64,000 nt of DNA from Octopus vulgaris (taxonomy: Eukaryota). Position 1 is the stretch's first letter; each line of letters opens with the position of its first letter. The position numbers were made by a program, and so were the translations under genes. The stretch lies in NCBI GenBank assembly GCA_951406725.2, contig OX597815.1, positions 132,246,001 to 132,310,000 of the forward strand. The letters run 5' to 3'. The notes beneath the pieces are model-generated. The model saw only the letters and a list, made by a program, of their open reading frames with translations, made no database searches and was not told the origin of the DNA. Positions 1 through 13,211 of the stretch are shown in pieces.

Positions 1-2744
1 CGCTACTAGAGCAGATAATCAACTTCAAGTTTATATTGAATGAAATATGCATTAGCCCTTCAATACCAATGACAGCTGTCATCTGTGGAGCACAGAACTG
101 ATAAAATACACAACGTTGTATCTGCAACACTGCCTCCCAAAAAATATACTTCGATTCACAGTAAGGTTGCATAGGTGATCTACATATGCATAGCCACCAA
201 ATTTCAGTAGCTTCCTGTGTTATGCACATAAAGTGTTACCAGTCTTTAAAAATAACAACGTGAAAATTCTATGAGAATTTAGCATACAAAGAGACCAATG
301 TGTACGTAACATTCCTGACATCAGTTTCAAAACAATACAAATAACACATAGCAAAAGTAATGCCAAATGCCCATAATTTTGTGCAGTAATGAACTGGATA
401 TGTTTATCGTAAGTCGTACACTTTGTGCAGCTGCAAATTTACAACATTAAGAATATATTCTCAAAGTTGTAAAGATGTTCAGAAGACACTCACCAGGCGC
501 TAACTGTCATGAGTGTGAGTCTTGTGAGGGTGTTGCCATTTGTTCACTACGTTATTTTTTTTATGTTATAATGTTTGATACCTTATACGTAGTAAATTCA
601 TATCCTTGAATTGGTATAGAAACGATTGAAGAAAATTTTTAATAAAGGGATAAATTTAAGGACACGAATTCATATCACTAAATAATCACATCATTAGATT
701 ATAGTTCTGGTTCTATTGTAAGTAAAAATATGCTGCTAACAATTCATTGCAACCCGCTGCCACTATGAATAAAAAGGAAGAAAAAAACTAAGAGAAAACT
801 AAATTCGGGTGAATAGTGATATGTCACGGTAGGAAATATCGGAATGATTACTTCTATTACGCAGATGGAGCAAGATTCTGTATAAGGTGAGTTGTTTTAA
901 GTACACCCATTTTCATATTATTGACAGGGAAATCAAGGCTGGCTCAAAGCAGATTGTAGTATGTAAATTTATTTCGAAGGCTGAAAAGAAAAATACTCTT
1001 GTGTATGTTTACGAAGAGGCAGAATTTATGGAAACGTTTAAACAGAAATAGAATGATTCGCTACATAAACTGTTTTTCTAAAGTATGCTGAAAAAAAATG
1101 CTTGCAAGCTTAACAAGGAATTCGACACGGTGATATGTTTCTTGGAAAATTCATATTCAAGAAAACCATTTGCATCCATAGAAAATGGCACTATTTTCAC
1201 TGATGAGATGGATGTATGTTTGTGAAATTAAAGATAAATGAATGGGAAAGATGACGGATGACCGTTACTTTATAGTGTAATATCATTATGGGTAAAAAAT
1301 TACGTATAATGCCATCAGTAAACAGTCTTACACAACATCATTCCCATTGTATTAGCATGCAAATGACCGGGTATTCAAAAGACACATCTACTATTAACAT
1401 AACCCCAGAGAGAATCTGACAAAGCTGGCTCTGACACCATTTATCGAGTGGGCTTACGCACATTTTTCTGTTAACCGAATTTTATTCACAAAACGTCGCA
1501 GGTCCTGATACTTTGATAAGATATATGGCACAATGCAGGATTGAACACGGTACTTAATTGTCTTGAATCGAACTTGTCGACTACTCATTTATATTTTCTT
1601 TCACTTCTAAAAGATTATAATAAATTGTGAGCATTTTCAATTTAATATCTAAATATAAAAAGCAGAAAATACTCGTGAACTACATCTAAACACATAACAG
1701 TCAATTAGAAGAACAACTGCAGAGATATCAAAAGAAGTCACAAAATACAAAAAATGTAAACTATAAAATGAAGTTACCATATAACAAAGACTATTTTACT
1801 TGAGCATATCTTCATAAAGGCGCAAGAATGACTGTAAGGGAGGAAATTCATGTTACAGCTGCATGGTTTCTACGTCAGTGCCACTCAATTGCATCTTGGG
1901 GGAGTGTTTTCTTGTAAGGTCATTGTTTTGTGATTGAAGTTTGTAGACGTTAGCTGCAGGAATACAATAAATATCAGATTTAAAATAAATGCTGCTGTGG
2001 TTTTGTTCGACTAAAGTGTCTCAATATGGCAGCAGCCTAATGACTGGAGCAAATAAAAGATTAAAAGATATCTAGACGTCAAATCAGGAAAAAAATGTTG
2101 GTGCCAGCCTAGTGTGTCTCCAAATGTGAAACTAAGAAAGCATTAGCAAAATCAAAATATAAAGAAGTCGTTTATGCCTTGTTTAAATCACACCTGAGGA
2201 AAATTGTTGAAGATGTCTTAGAAGAAAACCAGTGTGTCGATAGTAAAAGTGCTTACTGGCGCCAATAAAAATGAGCTACTGGATAACAATTATAAAGGGA
2301 TTTCTGCTAGAAGACAATTACTCTCTAATTAATTCTGCTTGCTTGAAATACGGACCATGACTTTATAATGCAAACATATGGACACTTAGGTTTCAGCAAA
2401 ACCATATTAGCCAGTCCACTGTCAGTATAAAAGAAACGAAAATTAGTGGAGGAAAAATGAATGGAAAGACATTTGGAGTCAGCAAAATAGTTCGGCTGTA
2501 TTATTAAGTTGAGTACGATAACAATAAAATGCAGCATCTTTGATTTTAATGAGCTGTGTTTGATATGTATGAAATAGACTCACCGGAAACACAACATTAA
2601 CAAGTCAAAGTAAAGCTATATTAGAGACTAGAGGGTGGAAGAAATTAAAAGCAAATATAAGCAGAATTTATGCAAAGATATAACAAGAAATTAATTATCT
2701 GATGCATCGCAGTAAAGTAAATGATTAGGAATTATTATATTGAT

Positions 2745-2945
2745 CTCAAATGTTGGCATAAGATCAGTAATTTCGTGAAGTGGGATGTGTCAATTAAATT
2801 AACTCCCATACTTCAACTAGTATTTATTTTATCCACCCCAAAAGGATAAGAGGCTAAGTTTACTTGGACGGAATTTGAACAGAAACTGTGAAGACAGAAG
2901 GAATGCCGCTAAGAATTTTGCCCGTGTTACCAATGCGTTGCTGAT
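2745..2945 (-). mobile_element. Degenerate tRNA-derived SINE (Meta/MESC-like core), same family as 10229-10835
   Basis: Reverse complement resembles the core GCCTTTCATCCTTTCGGGGTCGATAAATTAAGTACCAG seen at 10.3 kb. Confidence 0.6.
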
Positions 2946-3056
2946 CTTAACAGCAGCTAAAGATGAAAGAATAATCATAAAATCTGGTGAGTGACAGCAT
3001 TAAGACTTGAAATTATTAAAACTATGAAAACTGAAATTTTCATTATCATGTATATA

Positions 3057-3243
3057 CAGTCGTAACTCGGTTTTCGAACAACTCTGATCGCGAATAAATC
3101 GTAATTTATACATACAAAGTACGATTTATTCGTGACAGAGGCGTTCATAAACCGAGTTAATACAGTATTAATTGAATATGAGAAAGACAAGAGATAAAGC
3201 ACTATTTATTCGTGATCAGTGTTGTTTGAAAACCGAGGTTCTA

Positions 3244-3246
<3 letters not shown>
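3057..3246. mobile_element. pogo/Tigger-type MITE
   Basis: About 43-bp imperfect TIRs (CAGTCGTAACTCGGTTTTCGAACAAC... / ...GTTGTTTGAAAACCGAGGTTCTACTG) flanked by TA. Confidence 0.75.
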
Positions 3247-3325
<79 letters not shown>

Positions 3326-3713
3326 TCGGGGTGAGTACTTGATAATTATAAGAACCTGTGTATACCGTTTGGTGGTGTAGGTGGTGTAGGTGTTGATTTA
3401 CTGACAGTTCTACAACTAAATTTTATCAATCTCCTGACCACCATGCTTGGTCCCTAACCTCTATACATCCCTTATCTTTACATTCTTTTACATTTTTATC
3501 ATGTTCTTTTACTTTTTTTACTTTTATTTCTATTTCTATTTTTATTTCTATTTCTATTTTTACTTTATAACCTTATGCCTTTACATTTATTTATATTTCT
3601 TTATATTTCTTTATACCCCCTTTACATCTCCTTACAACTCTTTATATCTTTATCCTCTACATTTTTATATTATTCTACACTTACACTTTTTATATATATT
3701 TTTTATCCCTCGT

Positions 3714-4050
3714 CCCGAACTCTCGCCCCTCCATCTTCACCTCTATATATGTATTTATTTATTTACATTACCTCAACATCCAATTTTCCTCATTCTACAT
3801 TGAGAGAAGAAAGAGATGGACGCTTCAATTCTATGCTGCTGCCGCATTATGTCGTACGTGAACGAGAGGATTTGCATCCCCAACCAAGAATTTTTGATGT
3901 AACACATGTCCTTGTGGAAGCTGTTGTGCGCGGCTGAAGAAGGCCACAGACATACATTATGCTTTGTTATAAATCCGTCTAATAAAGGCCCGAAACATAT
4001 GTACCGCTGAATCCTTCGCATCATGTTTTTATTTTATTTTGATCAATTTA
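3714..4050 (+). repeat. 5' pseudo-LTR (direct repeat of 5151-5487)
   Basis: 337-bp direct repeat, offset 1437; I noticed only two substitutions. Confidence 0.95.
3930..4007 (+). ncRNA. Type I hammerhead ribozyme motif (PLE pseudo-LTR)
   Basis: GCGG-CTGAAGA-aGGCC...GGCCc-GAAAC-ATAT-GTA-CCGC; stem I GCGG/CCGC; palindromic stem III ACATATGT; GUA triplet. Confidence 0.8.
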
Positions 4051-4184
4051 CTCCACCAGCTACACCACCAAACGGTATACACAGGTTCTTATAATTATCA
4101 AGTACTCACCCCGAATTTCTATACTCAACTCACCTACGTTGTCACTAGGATCTGATCCCACGTAACCGCGACAACCTTTAGTAC

Positions 4185-5240
4185 TTGATGAACCCAAGCA
4201 TGAAGATTCAAAGGATTCACACAAACTTCTCCCCCAAGGACATACCTCTCCACTTCGGCAAAACTTACACGACGACTCTCATCCACCGGACCACAGACTT
4301 TATTAGAAGAATTAGGTGGGCGGCCTACCATTTCGATAACCCGGAGAAAAGCAACCCCAACTCTAACCAAGAAGAAATAGCACACAAGAAGATATTTAAA
4401 AGCAGAAGAAACCCACCCTCTAACTACGCACTGGAAAATTTTGAAAAAGACTTAATCGACCTCATTACCAACATCAACATTAGTAAACATAAGACCATTT
4501 CCAACACCCACTTAAGGAGCCTTAAAGATTTCCTGCATTCACTTAGGAACGATGATAGTCTTATCATACCCGCCGACAAGACTGGGAACTGGTATAGGCT
4601 AGACTACCAAACCTACAAATCGCTCATCATGAGGGAACTTAGCAAAAAGTATAAAACTACTTCTACGGATAACCTTAAGGAAATTAACTACAAAATCAAG
4701 GAAGTTATGAGCAAATTAGACCTCCTGGACAGAACGGAACCTATTAAACCACAAGTACCCAAAATTACTATTAAAGACCATAAGAAAGACTTCCCAGATA
4801 GTGTAGGAGTACGATTAATCTGTCCGACTAAATCGGATATAGGCAGACTTAGCAAGACCATCCTGGACAAGGTGATCCCACACATCAAACCCCACATCCC
4901 ACTCCAACTATGGATTAACACCAACGATGTGCTAGAATGGTTTAACACTATCACCAATAGGCCCGACTACTCATTCATCCAATTCGACATAGCTAGCTAC
5001 TACGCCAGTATATCCCCCATCTTACTTAACAAATCCCTTATTTTTGCCCGCAACCTTTCACTCATAGACAGAGAAAAAATTGACATAATTCTATTAGCTA
5101 GAAAAACCATAATAGAATTCGACGGTAGACTCTGGACCAGATCCGATACCCCCGAACTCTCGCCCCTCCATCTTCACCTCTATATATGTATTTATTTATT
5201 TACATTACCTCAACATCCAATTTTCCTCATTCTACATTGA
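4185..5240 (+). pseudogene. Truncated Penelope-like reverse transcriptase (Hydra-clade-like), N-terminal half only; runs into the pseudo-LTR at 5151
   Basis: Motifs IIPADKTGNWY, ITIKDHK, VRLICPTKSDIGRLSKTILDK, LWINTNDVLEWF, FIQFDIASYYASI; no YxDD or GIY-YIG because of a deletion joined at CCCGAAC. Confidence 0.85.
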
Positions 5241-5487
5241 GAGAAGAAAGAGATGGACGCTTCAATTCTATGCTGCTGCCGCATTATGTCGTGCGTGAAC
5301 GAGAGGATTTGCATCCCCAACCAAGAATTTTTGATGTAACACATGTCCTTGTGGAAGCTGTTGTGCGCGGCTGAAGAAGGCCACAGACATACATTATGCT
5401 TTGTTATAAATCTGTCTAATAAAGGCCCGAAACATATGTACCGCTGAATCCTTCGCATCATGTTTTTATTTTATTTTGATCAATTTA
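5151..5487 (+). repeat. 3' pseudo-LTR
   Basis: Direct repeat of 3714-4050, followed by (TA)n. Confidence 0.95.
5367..5444 (+). ncRNA. Type I hammerhead ribozyme motif (second pseudo-LTR)
   Basis: Same motif as 3930-4007. Confidence 0.8.
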
Positions 5488-6419
5488 TATATATATATAT
5501 ATATATATAAATGACTTTTTTTCTCCAGCTGTTTTGCATTTCGTTTTTAGTCAAAGTTTCATTGGTTGATATTCCTGGTCGTTTCGCATCGCTTCCAAAC
5601 AGAAGAGGAGCCATACCAATACACATACTAACGGAACAGAAGCTTATTAAGTAACCCGTGGAAAGAAAAGACAATCAGGACAGCGAAGTTTGTATTCCTA
5701 AACGCTATCAAACTGAAAACCATATACGAATTATAGATACACATTAATTACCTAAAGTAACAAATGTTTGGTTAAGTAAGTATTGGGAAATTTATAGTAA
5801 CTAATTCTGTTTATTATTATGTATAGTCATATTTACAAAAGAGCAACAGAGTAAATTGAAAGAGTATCCAGAACGTATCAGGAGAGGAACATATATACTT
5901 TGTTTTCGTAACGGTTACTTTGAAGTTTTGGCTAATCACAAATAATAACAAAAACACAAAGACGAGCATTTAAAATATTTACAAGCTACGGAATCTTCCA
6001 ACTGTAACTTGAAGTCACTGAACGATAACAAAATAAGACATAATTTCACACAAACATTTCAATCAACATGAAATACACCTACACAGAACGTTAATACACG
6101 AACCGAAGTGAGACAAACAGGAAGTAAAAAAGATTGCAAAAGCAATCAATGAATTATAGTTAAAAATAGAAACAAATTCGGAAAAAAGTTTATAGGTGAA
6201 ACGAAAGTAATCAGGATATAAAATAGATGAACCTAAACGAGGAAAACATGGTGTCAGAAAGAGAACGGAGACTGCATCTCTATATACATTCATATCAAAG
6301 CTACAAAACCAAACATTGCTAAACAATAGGAAACCCACCTAATGAAAATATAGAATGAAAAACGATTTGGTGAATTAGCCAAAAAAGCATAGTCAACATA
6401 TTTAGAAGCATGATGCAGC

Positions 6420-8100
6420 AACATTCAAACACGAACACTAAAGCAAAAAATTAGGAAAATGTAATTTAAGGAAAATGTAATTACAAAATAATAATAATAT
6501 AAATAAGAGCACTGAAAGAGCGCAAACCTCCACCAAGGCAACACCAACGTCCTTAATATTTTATTCCCCACAAGGAGTAAACATAGAGGGGACAATACAT
6601 TACACGTGGGGACATAAAACAGGGAGAAAAGGACAACGTATGAAAAACATGCAATGACGAATGAAAATGAAAAAAATGTAATGAAGCTACTCGGCCCCAC
6701 TTCCGAGCAGCTTCATTTATACCTTTCTTTCTTTGAACTTTGTTCCCTCAAGTATGTCCGCTTGGTCTATCCACAGCCACCGGTAATTCATCCCTGTCAA
6801 CGTTTACCCTCCAAAAAGTGAATCAATATTTAAAATTTTCTACCCTTGCCCTTTGTTCCCACATAACAACAAACACATATGCCACCCCTTCACATTATCA
6901 TACTCATGCGTATTTACCACCTCTAAGACTTCCCATGACGTTATTTCAGAGTTCATTTTTGGGGGGTTTGGATCATCACACATAATTGCAAAGCAACTTT
7001 TTCCTTAGCCGTAGGAGGGGAAGTTTGGAGGCTTATGCGTGTAAGGTGTTTTCTTTTTTATTTGGTTTTTGTGTCAGAGTGGAGTGGGTAGGTTTTGAGT
7101 CTGTAAGGGGAGGGTGGGGCTGAAAAGTTTTGGGTTGGGGTTTTAAGTCTGTATCACTTTCCCTCTTTCTCTTCCTCTGGTTTTTCTTTTCGACTGTCTT
7201 CCACGTCTCACCTTCCTCACCTTCCTTCACTGTTGCAAATGGCAAAGTCTCCTCTTCTCTCGCCGGTTCCTCCCTGGGTTCCTCCTGGGTCCTCTTATTT
7301 GTCGAAGGGCAGTCCGCTCTAATGTGAACCTTTAGGCCGCATTTAAAGAATCAAGGGATTCTGCCCCCAGCCCTCACTCTCATTACTACTTCGTCCAACG
7401 TGATCGTCTCTATAATATTTTCCAGGACATCCGCTGAGGCTTGCATTGTCATCTCAAGCGTTTGTCCTCTTCCTATTTCGCTATGCGTTTCTGTGGCCTG
7501 GAGAACCTCCTTTTCTAAGAGCACAGCGGCTACAATCCAGGCCACATCTATCTCTGGTGGAATTCCTTCAACTCTAACTCTTGACGCACGACTTCCCAGG
7601 TAACTCGGTAGAAGCACTAAGTATTCATCCCTGATAGTCCTCGTTGCATACTTCTTAGCAATTTTCTTGTTTTTGAACCTTGCTTCTACTATTCCGAATT
7701 TTGATCCTCTTGCAATGTATACAATGTCTTGCGAAATTGGCCTCAGTGCTTCCTCAACTTGCCGCGTAGTAACAATATCAATTTTGCCTGCTTTTATCGA
7801 ATATATTTTGTACGATATTGTTCTTTCTCCTAAGTCTTTCAATGTTTCTTGCGGGGTGGGATGACAATTCCACATTAGAACCGTCCTTATTCATCCTTTT
7901 CTTACAGTTTGCAATTTTTTCCTTGTCTACTTTTTTTCCTTGGCGTCTTGCCACATCTGTGAACTTTCAGTCTTCCTTCATTTTCTCGTCTATTCTTCCA
8001 ATGGCTTGCAATAATACGTCTTCGGAAGAAGACACCTCAGAACAGCTGAGATCTGAAGAGAACACGTTTTACTTTTTCCCATTGGGCTAAATCTCCACAT
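6420..8100 (-). mobile_element. Degenerate gag/ORF1-like sequence with zinc knuckle (L1/Tx1-type non-LTR ORF1 remnant)
   Basis: ORF 7351-7875 continues past a stop as FFKCGLKVHIRADCP (CX2CX4HX4C with first Cys decayed), then WKTVEKKNQRKRKR; boundaries approximate. Confidence 0.6.
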
Positions 8101-8399
8101 AAGAGGAGAGAAAGCACAAACAAGCTTCCACAAAGCAGAAAAAACAGTTCACAAAAGTGTTCCAAAGAACACTAACAAAATTCAACACAAAGCTTCAGCA
8201 CAAAAATTACACATGTTAACACTGAAAAATACCGTTAAAATAAACTTACTAACAATCTGAGGCAACATCAAATCCCTCACAACGATTAGCGAGAGATGAT
8301 TTTTTAAATGAGAATATCTGAAATAAGCTCGACTGCTCTCACAAACGAGAATAGTAAATTTTTCATTTAAACACGACCGCTCTTAAAAATTAAGTAAGA

Positions 8400-8602
8400 A
8401 GAACGGAAAAATAATCCAGAATCTTTGTCCGGTACCGGATCGATCCCAAAATCTAATCAGCTCGTGCCAGTCACAAGGCCAAACATCCTTAAAAGTTTCA
8501 TCCGAATCCATCCAGCGCTTCTTGAGATATCCTGTCCACGGACAAACAAACAAGCACGACTGGAAACAATACCTCTATCTTCGCTAAGGCGAAGGTAATA
8601 AT
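8400..8602 (-). mobile_element. Non-autonomous Helentron-associated element (DINE-1/HINE-like)
   Basis: Minus strand begins TTATTACCTTCGCC...GAGGTATTGTTTCC, then (TTTG)n, GGATATCTC and GGATTCGGATGAAACTT, the typical HINE layout. Confidence 0.55.
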
Positions 8603-8934
8603 CACTCGATAAGAATATTAAGAACAAAGGAAGATACTCCAAAACATATTAAATAATATAAAACTGGATTAGGTTTTAAATATTAAAATAATATAAAAAG
8701 GGATTAGGTTTTAGCTTGAAACTGGGGCTTTATTAAAAATATTTGCTTAGTATATCTGAAGGCTTAAAAAAGTTTTACTTCGTACATTATAATGTTTAAA
8801 ACGCCGAGCCTTACGAAGAAGATGACAGCGAACCGAGAAGGTTCGTACTCAAGAAGGTCTTACCTCCACAACAGGATTGACATCCTAAAACCACTGTGCT
8901 ACCTAAGATTTGATGGCGTCATGTAAATAACACT

Positions 8935-9140
8935 GATGATGGGTGCACGTTAAAAGCATCCAAGACATTCTGTATGGTTTTTGGCGATACATCTAGCTAT
9001 GGAAACCAATCCAAAACAGACTATGGAACCTGTTGTGACTACTGACCTTGCCAGCTGCTGTCAAGCCATGCCAGCCAGGTCAGCACAGAAAACGGACGTC
9101 AAATGAAGATATTGATGATGATGTTGATGATGAAGATGAA
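8935..9140 (+). mobile_element. Degenerate SINE 3' half with (GAT)n tail
   Basis: ...CCAGC...GAAAACGGACGTCAAATGA followed by (GAT)n. Confidence 0.5.
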
Positions 9141-9687
9141 ACTTGTAAATAATATCATTTACATGATGTACCAAGTACTCTTTTTCTCTTTCGTTGACAA
9201 GTCGATATGTTTCAACACGCACACATACACACACAAATACACACACACACACACACACACACGTACAAACAAACACACACACACAAACACACATACAAAC
9301 ACACACACACACACACACGTGTGTTATGTCTAGGTTCGAGTGTATTATACTGTTATTTGGAAGGCTGAACTAGGTGCGTTTTATCAGAAGATTAAACGAA
9401 GACAGGAAGTTATATGCGCTGATTCAAGTCAATGGTTTGTAGTCTTTAAATTTCTCGTGCATTTCGACAGAAACAGCTGTCACATTTCTCAGATATCACG
9501 CCCAGTCGCCTTATAGAAAGAATTACATATGTTGGTAATGTACATTGTTTGAAAAGAAGATATGTTAACTACCTTTACATTGTAATTGACAATGCCTCTG
9601 TTGGCTGGGTTATGATTTCGGATTAAGCAGCATCACTGTCAGCACCTACCAAACTCTAAAAGACGAATACTAGATATACTGGGAAAT

Positions 9688-10040
9688 GTGGAGGTGCAGT
9701 GTCCCAGTGGTTAGGGCAGCGGACTCGAGGTTTCGATTCCCTGACCGAGATTTGTGAGTGTTTATTGAGCGAAAACACCTAAAGCTCCATGAAGCTCCGG
9801 CAGAGAGTAGTGGCGAACCCTGCTGTACTCTTTCATCACAACTTTCTCTCACTCTTTCTTCCTATTTCTGTTGTACCTGTATTTTTGAAAGGAGCCAGCC
9901 TTGTCCCACTCTGTATCACGCCGAATCTCCCCAATAACTACGTTAAGGGTACTCATGTCTGTGTAGGTCTCAACCACTTGCACGTTAATTTCACGAGCGG
10001 ATCAACTGGAACCCTCCTCGTCGTAACCGAGCAAGTGCCA
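9688..10040 (+). mobile_element. tRNA-derived SINE (second copy at 29960-30322)
   Basis: A-box-like TGTCCCAGTGG and B-box-like GTTTCGATTCC; body matches the inverted copy at 30 kb. Confidence 0.8.
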
Positions 10041-10228
10041 TAAATTTAAGAAATAATAAATAAAAATGACTGATATTTTATCATCACTCCATAAGTTCAA
10101 ACCGCTGCTTCTTTTCATTGTAGCATAAAATATTTAGCATTAAATTCCACATGACAGTTTGTTACGTTATATTTTCGTTCATTATTCTTTAGCACTAATG
10201 CTTCATCCTTCATAAGTGACTTTGATTA

Positions 10229-10835
10229 GGCGGCGAGCTGGCAGAAACTTTTGCACGCCGGGCAAAATACTTAGCGGAATTTCGTCTGCCGTTACGTTCT
10301 CAGTTCGAATTCCGCCGAGGTCGACTTTGCCTTTCATCCTTTCGGGGTCGATAAATTAAGTACCAGTTACGCACTGGGGTCGATATGATCGCCTTAATCC
10401 GTTTGAATGTCCTTGTTTGTCCTCTCTGTGTTTAGCCCCTTGTGGGTAGTAAAGAAATAGGTATTTCTTCTGCCGTTACGTTCTATGTTCAAATTCCGCC
10501 GAGGTCGACTTTGCCTTTTATCCTTTCGGGGTCGATAAATTAAATACCAGTTGCGCACTGGGGTCGAAGTAATCGACGTAATGCCTTTGTCTATTCTTGT
10601 TTGTCCCCTCTGTGTTTAGCCCCTTGTGGGCAATAAAGAAATAAGTATCATTCACAGACCGGGCTAAACGCTTAACAGCATTTCGACTGTCTTTATGGTC
10701 TGAGTTCAAATTCCGCCAAGGTCGATTTTACCTTTCATCTTGTGTGAGTCGATGAAATATGTACCAGTTGAGTACTGAGATCTGTGTAATAGATTACCAC
10801 CCTCCCACTAAATTGCGGTACTTGTGCCAAAATTT
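10229..10835 (+). mobile_element. tRNA-derived SINE with Meta/MESC-like core, three tandem core units
   Basis: GTTC(G/A)AATTCCGCCGAGGTCGACTTTGCCTTTCATCCTTTCGGGGTCGATAAATTAAGTACCAG-like block at about 10.30, 10.49 and 10.70 kb. Confidence 0.85.
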
Positions 10836-10895
10836 GAAGTATTTATTATTTGCAGGCTGTTTGGTAAAAAGTTTGCTTCCAAACCAATGTATATG

Positions 10896-11102
10896 CAGGG
10901 TGGCCCAAACGTACGTTTACATTTGTTCAACTATCACTTTCGCATTCATATATTAGCATATATTAATTATTAAAAAAATCTGAAACCATTGTTCTATCCT
11001 AATTTAGTTAAATGTAATATAGAAATTTAAATGTAATAAAATGTTTTAAAACATATTTAAAGTGCCTATGTGACAACAGTAAACCTACATTTGGGCCACC
11101 CG
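10896..11102. mobile_element. Tc1/mariner-type MITE
   Basis: TIRs CAGGGTGGCCCAAACGTACGTTTAC / GTAAACCTACATTTGGGCCACCCG. Confidence 0.7.
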
Positions 11103-11109
11103 ATATATT

Positions 11110-11173
<64 letters not shown>

Positions 11174-11329
11174 TAGATAGATAGATGGATAGATAGACAG
11201 AGAGACAGAGAGAGAGAGAGAATATGAGCGGTTTACTTCACTGGTGATCTAAACGAATAGGTACGCTGAGGAAGTGCTATAATTGGTCATCTGTTAGGTT
11301 CCAACCGGTATGTATTATATTAAAGGAAA

Positions 11330-11570
11330 AAGTACGACAAAAACCAAGACAGGAGAGGTATCTCGAGTTATTTAGAATATTTAATTAAGGTAACGTGAAT
11401 GTGGAGTCTTACATGTTAGCTGTTCCTGCGATATCCTAAGTGATAGGCTAGCATGTCCGTAGACTGGGTATTCTATCGTCAGAGACAAGGTAAATGTGTA
11501 TGAAAGATCTAGATGGAGAAATTCACAGTTTATAAGGAATAAAATAGTATATAGAAGAATAAACAATAAA
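11330..11570 (-). mobile_element. PLE-type 3' remnant with degenerate hammerhead (11406-11486)
   Basis: Minus strand GTCT-CTGACGA...GGAAC-AGCT-(insertion)-GTA-AGAC. Confidence 0.45.
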
Positions 11571-11654
11571 ACAATAGATAGAAGAATATAGACAGGACAA
11601 TACAGTTCACAGATAGGTAGATAGATTGATAGTTAGATTGATTGATTCATAGAC

Positions 11655-11737
<83 letters not shown>

Positions 11738-11809
11738 AAATGCATATATGAAAGAGTCATGATTTGTGATTGTATATGAAAAGTGTAACAATGAAATAGG
11801 GGATGAATC

Positions 11810-12100
11810 GAACTGTTTATTTATTGGTAAAAACGTATATTTTGGCATTACAGCTCTTTCTTCATGCAATAGTCTTTCAACAAGTTGCGACGTAAAACTG
11901 GTTACTGACACAATTTCCCACCAATGATACTCTGAAATTGTTTTTGTGACGTAGAAACAATATAACAGCTTTTTTGTGTTTTCCATCTGTAATCGATCGT
12001 ATTCAGGAAACGGGGTTTCCACATTGATTTCGTTCCTTGAATTTGAATCATATAGAATTAGCCAACTGGTTGCTATGAATGAAATAACATATTCACCACG
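11810..12100 (-). pseudogene. Possible hAT (Charlie-like) transposase C-terminal remnant
   Basis: SFTSQLVERLL resembles the hAT dimerisation motif FPxSYLVERGFS; weak similarity only. Confidence 0.3.
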
Positions 12101-12169
12101 GCACGACGGACATTTTAGGCACCGCAAAATAGACAACAATATGGAGAATAAAATTGAGTACTATTTAAG

Positions 12170-12425
12170 CCAACGTGCTGGCAGAATCATCACTACATCT
12201 GACAAAATGCTTAGCTGCCTCTTATCCGTCTCAACGTTCTGAGTTAAGAATATTTAACAGTACTTTTTACTGCTCTTTATGTTCTAAGTTCGAATGCGGC
12301 CATGGACAATTTTGCCTTTCATTCAAACGGGGCCAATTAAATAAATAACGATTGAGTAGTGAGTTGATGGAATCGACTAACTCTCTCCCCTCAAAAAGTT
12401 GCTAGCCTTGTGTCAAAATTTGCTA
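12170..12425 (+). mobile_element. Degenerate Meta/MESC-like SINE
   Basis: GCTGGCAGAATC...AAATGCTTAGC...TTTGCCTTTCATTC. Confidence 0.55.
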
Positions 12426-13134
12426 AAACTATGTAGGAGGAATTGGTAGAAAATTATTGCAGTTTTTTGTGTTAGGAAATAGTTATTCTACTGTGTTACA
12501 TCATAAATAGGACGGGTATGAGATTTTTTTCTTTGAATAAAATCTTCTTTGCATACGTTGAGACAACAGAAACTATAAAAGGAGATATTCGCTGTGGTAC
12601 TGTAATGTAGGACTGAACTTGGAATGACATTGTTCCGAAATAATCTCTTAATATTTCTGAGCCTTTGACTACGTCTTCATTTGTAAGATTTGCTTAATAA
12701 GAATAATTTTAATTTGGGGCTCTCTTGCGAAGTTTTCTTTAGAAATGTTGTGATTTGAGTTGAATAGAACTAAGGAGAGGAATGAGAATGTTATAGATTT
12801 AATGATAGAGAGATGGGGTTAGGATGTGAGGGATAAAGTAAGTTGAGACTGAATGAGATAGAGATTTCTTAATAACAGTAATGGAGGTATACACTGTTGA
12901 AAATAAACTGTAGTTTCAAGTGGTTCCTAGAGGTTGTATGAATGGATGTGTGTAATAGGTGTACGTATTATGGAACAAGTATGTTAGTGTAGTTATGTGA
13001 GCGTGTGAAAGCGGGAGAGGGAAATATAGTAGCGCGTTGGGCAGTTGGCTGTATTAATGTATTAAAGCAAGACTAAGTATAAGGAAGACATTGAACGAAA
13101 ATAGACAGACGAGACAGACAGTCAGATAATAACT

Positions 13135-13211
<77 letters not shown>

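Larger units (their letters stand above)
3321..5487 (+). mobile_element. Penelope-like retroelement, internally deleted, inserted in (TA)n: short inverted 5' arm + pseudo-LTR + RT ORF + pseudo-LTR
   Basis: 3319-3380 is the reverse complement of 4060-4121; direct repeats at 3714-4050 and 5151-5487; PLE RT ORF; HHR in each repeat; (TA)n on both sides. Confidence 0.9.

Noticed and set aside
815-1225. Possible spliced reading frame with a roughly 40-nt GTGAGT...ACAG intron
   Set aside because: In-frame stops, an implausibly short intron and no recognisable protein motif
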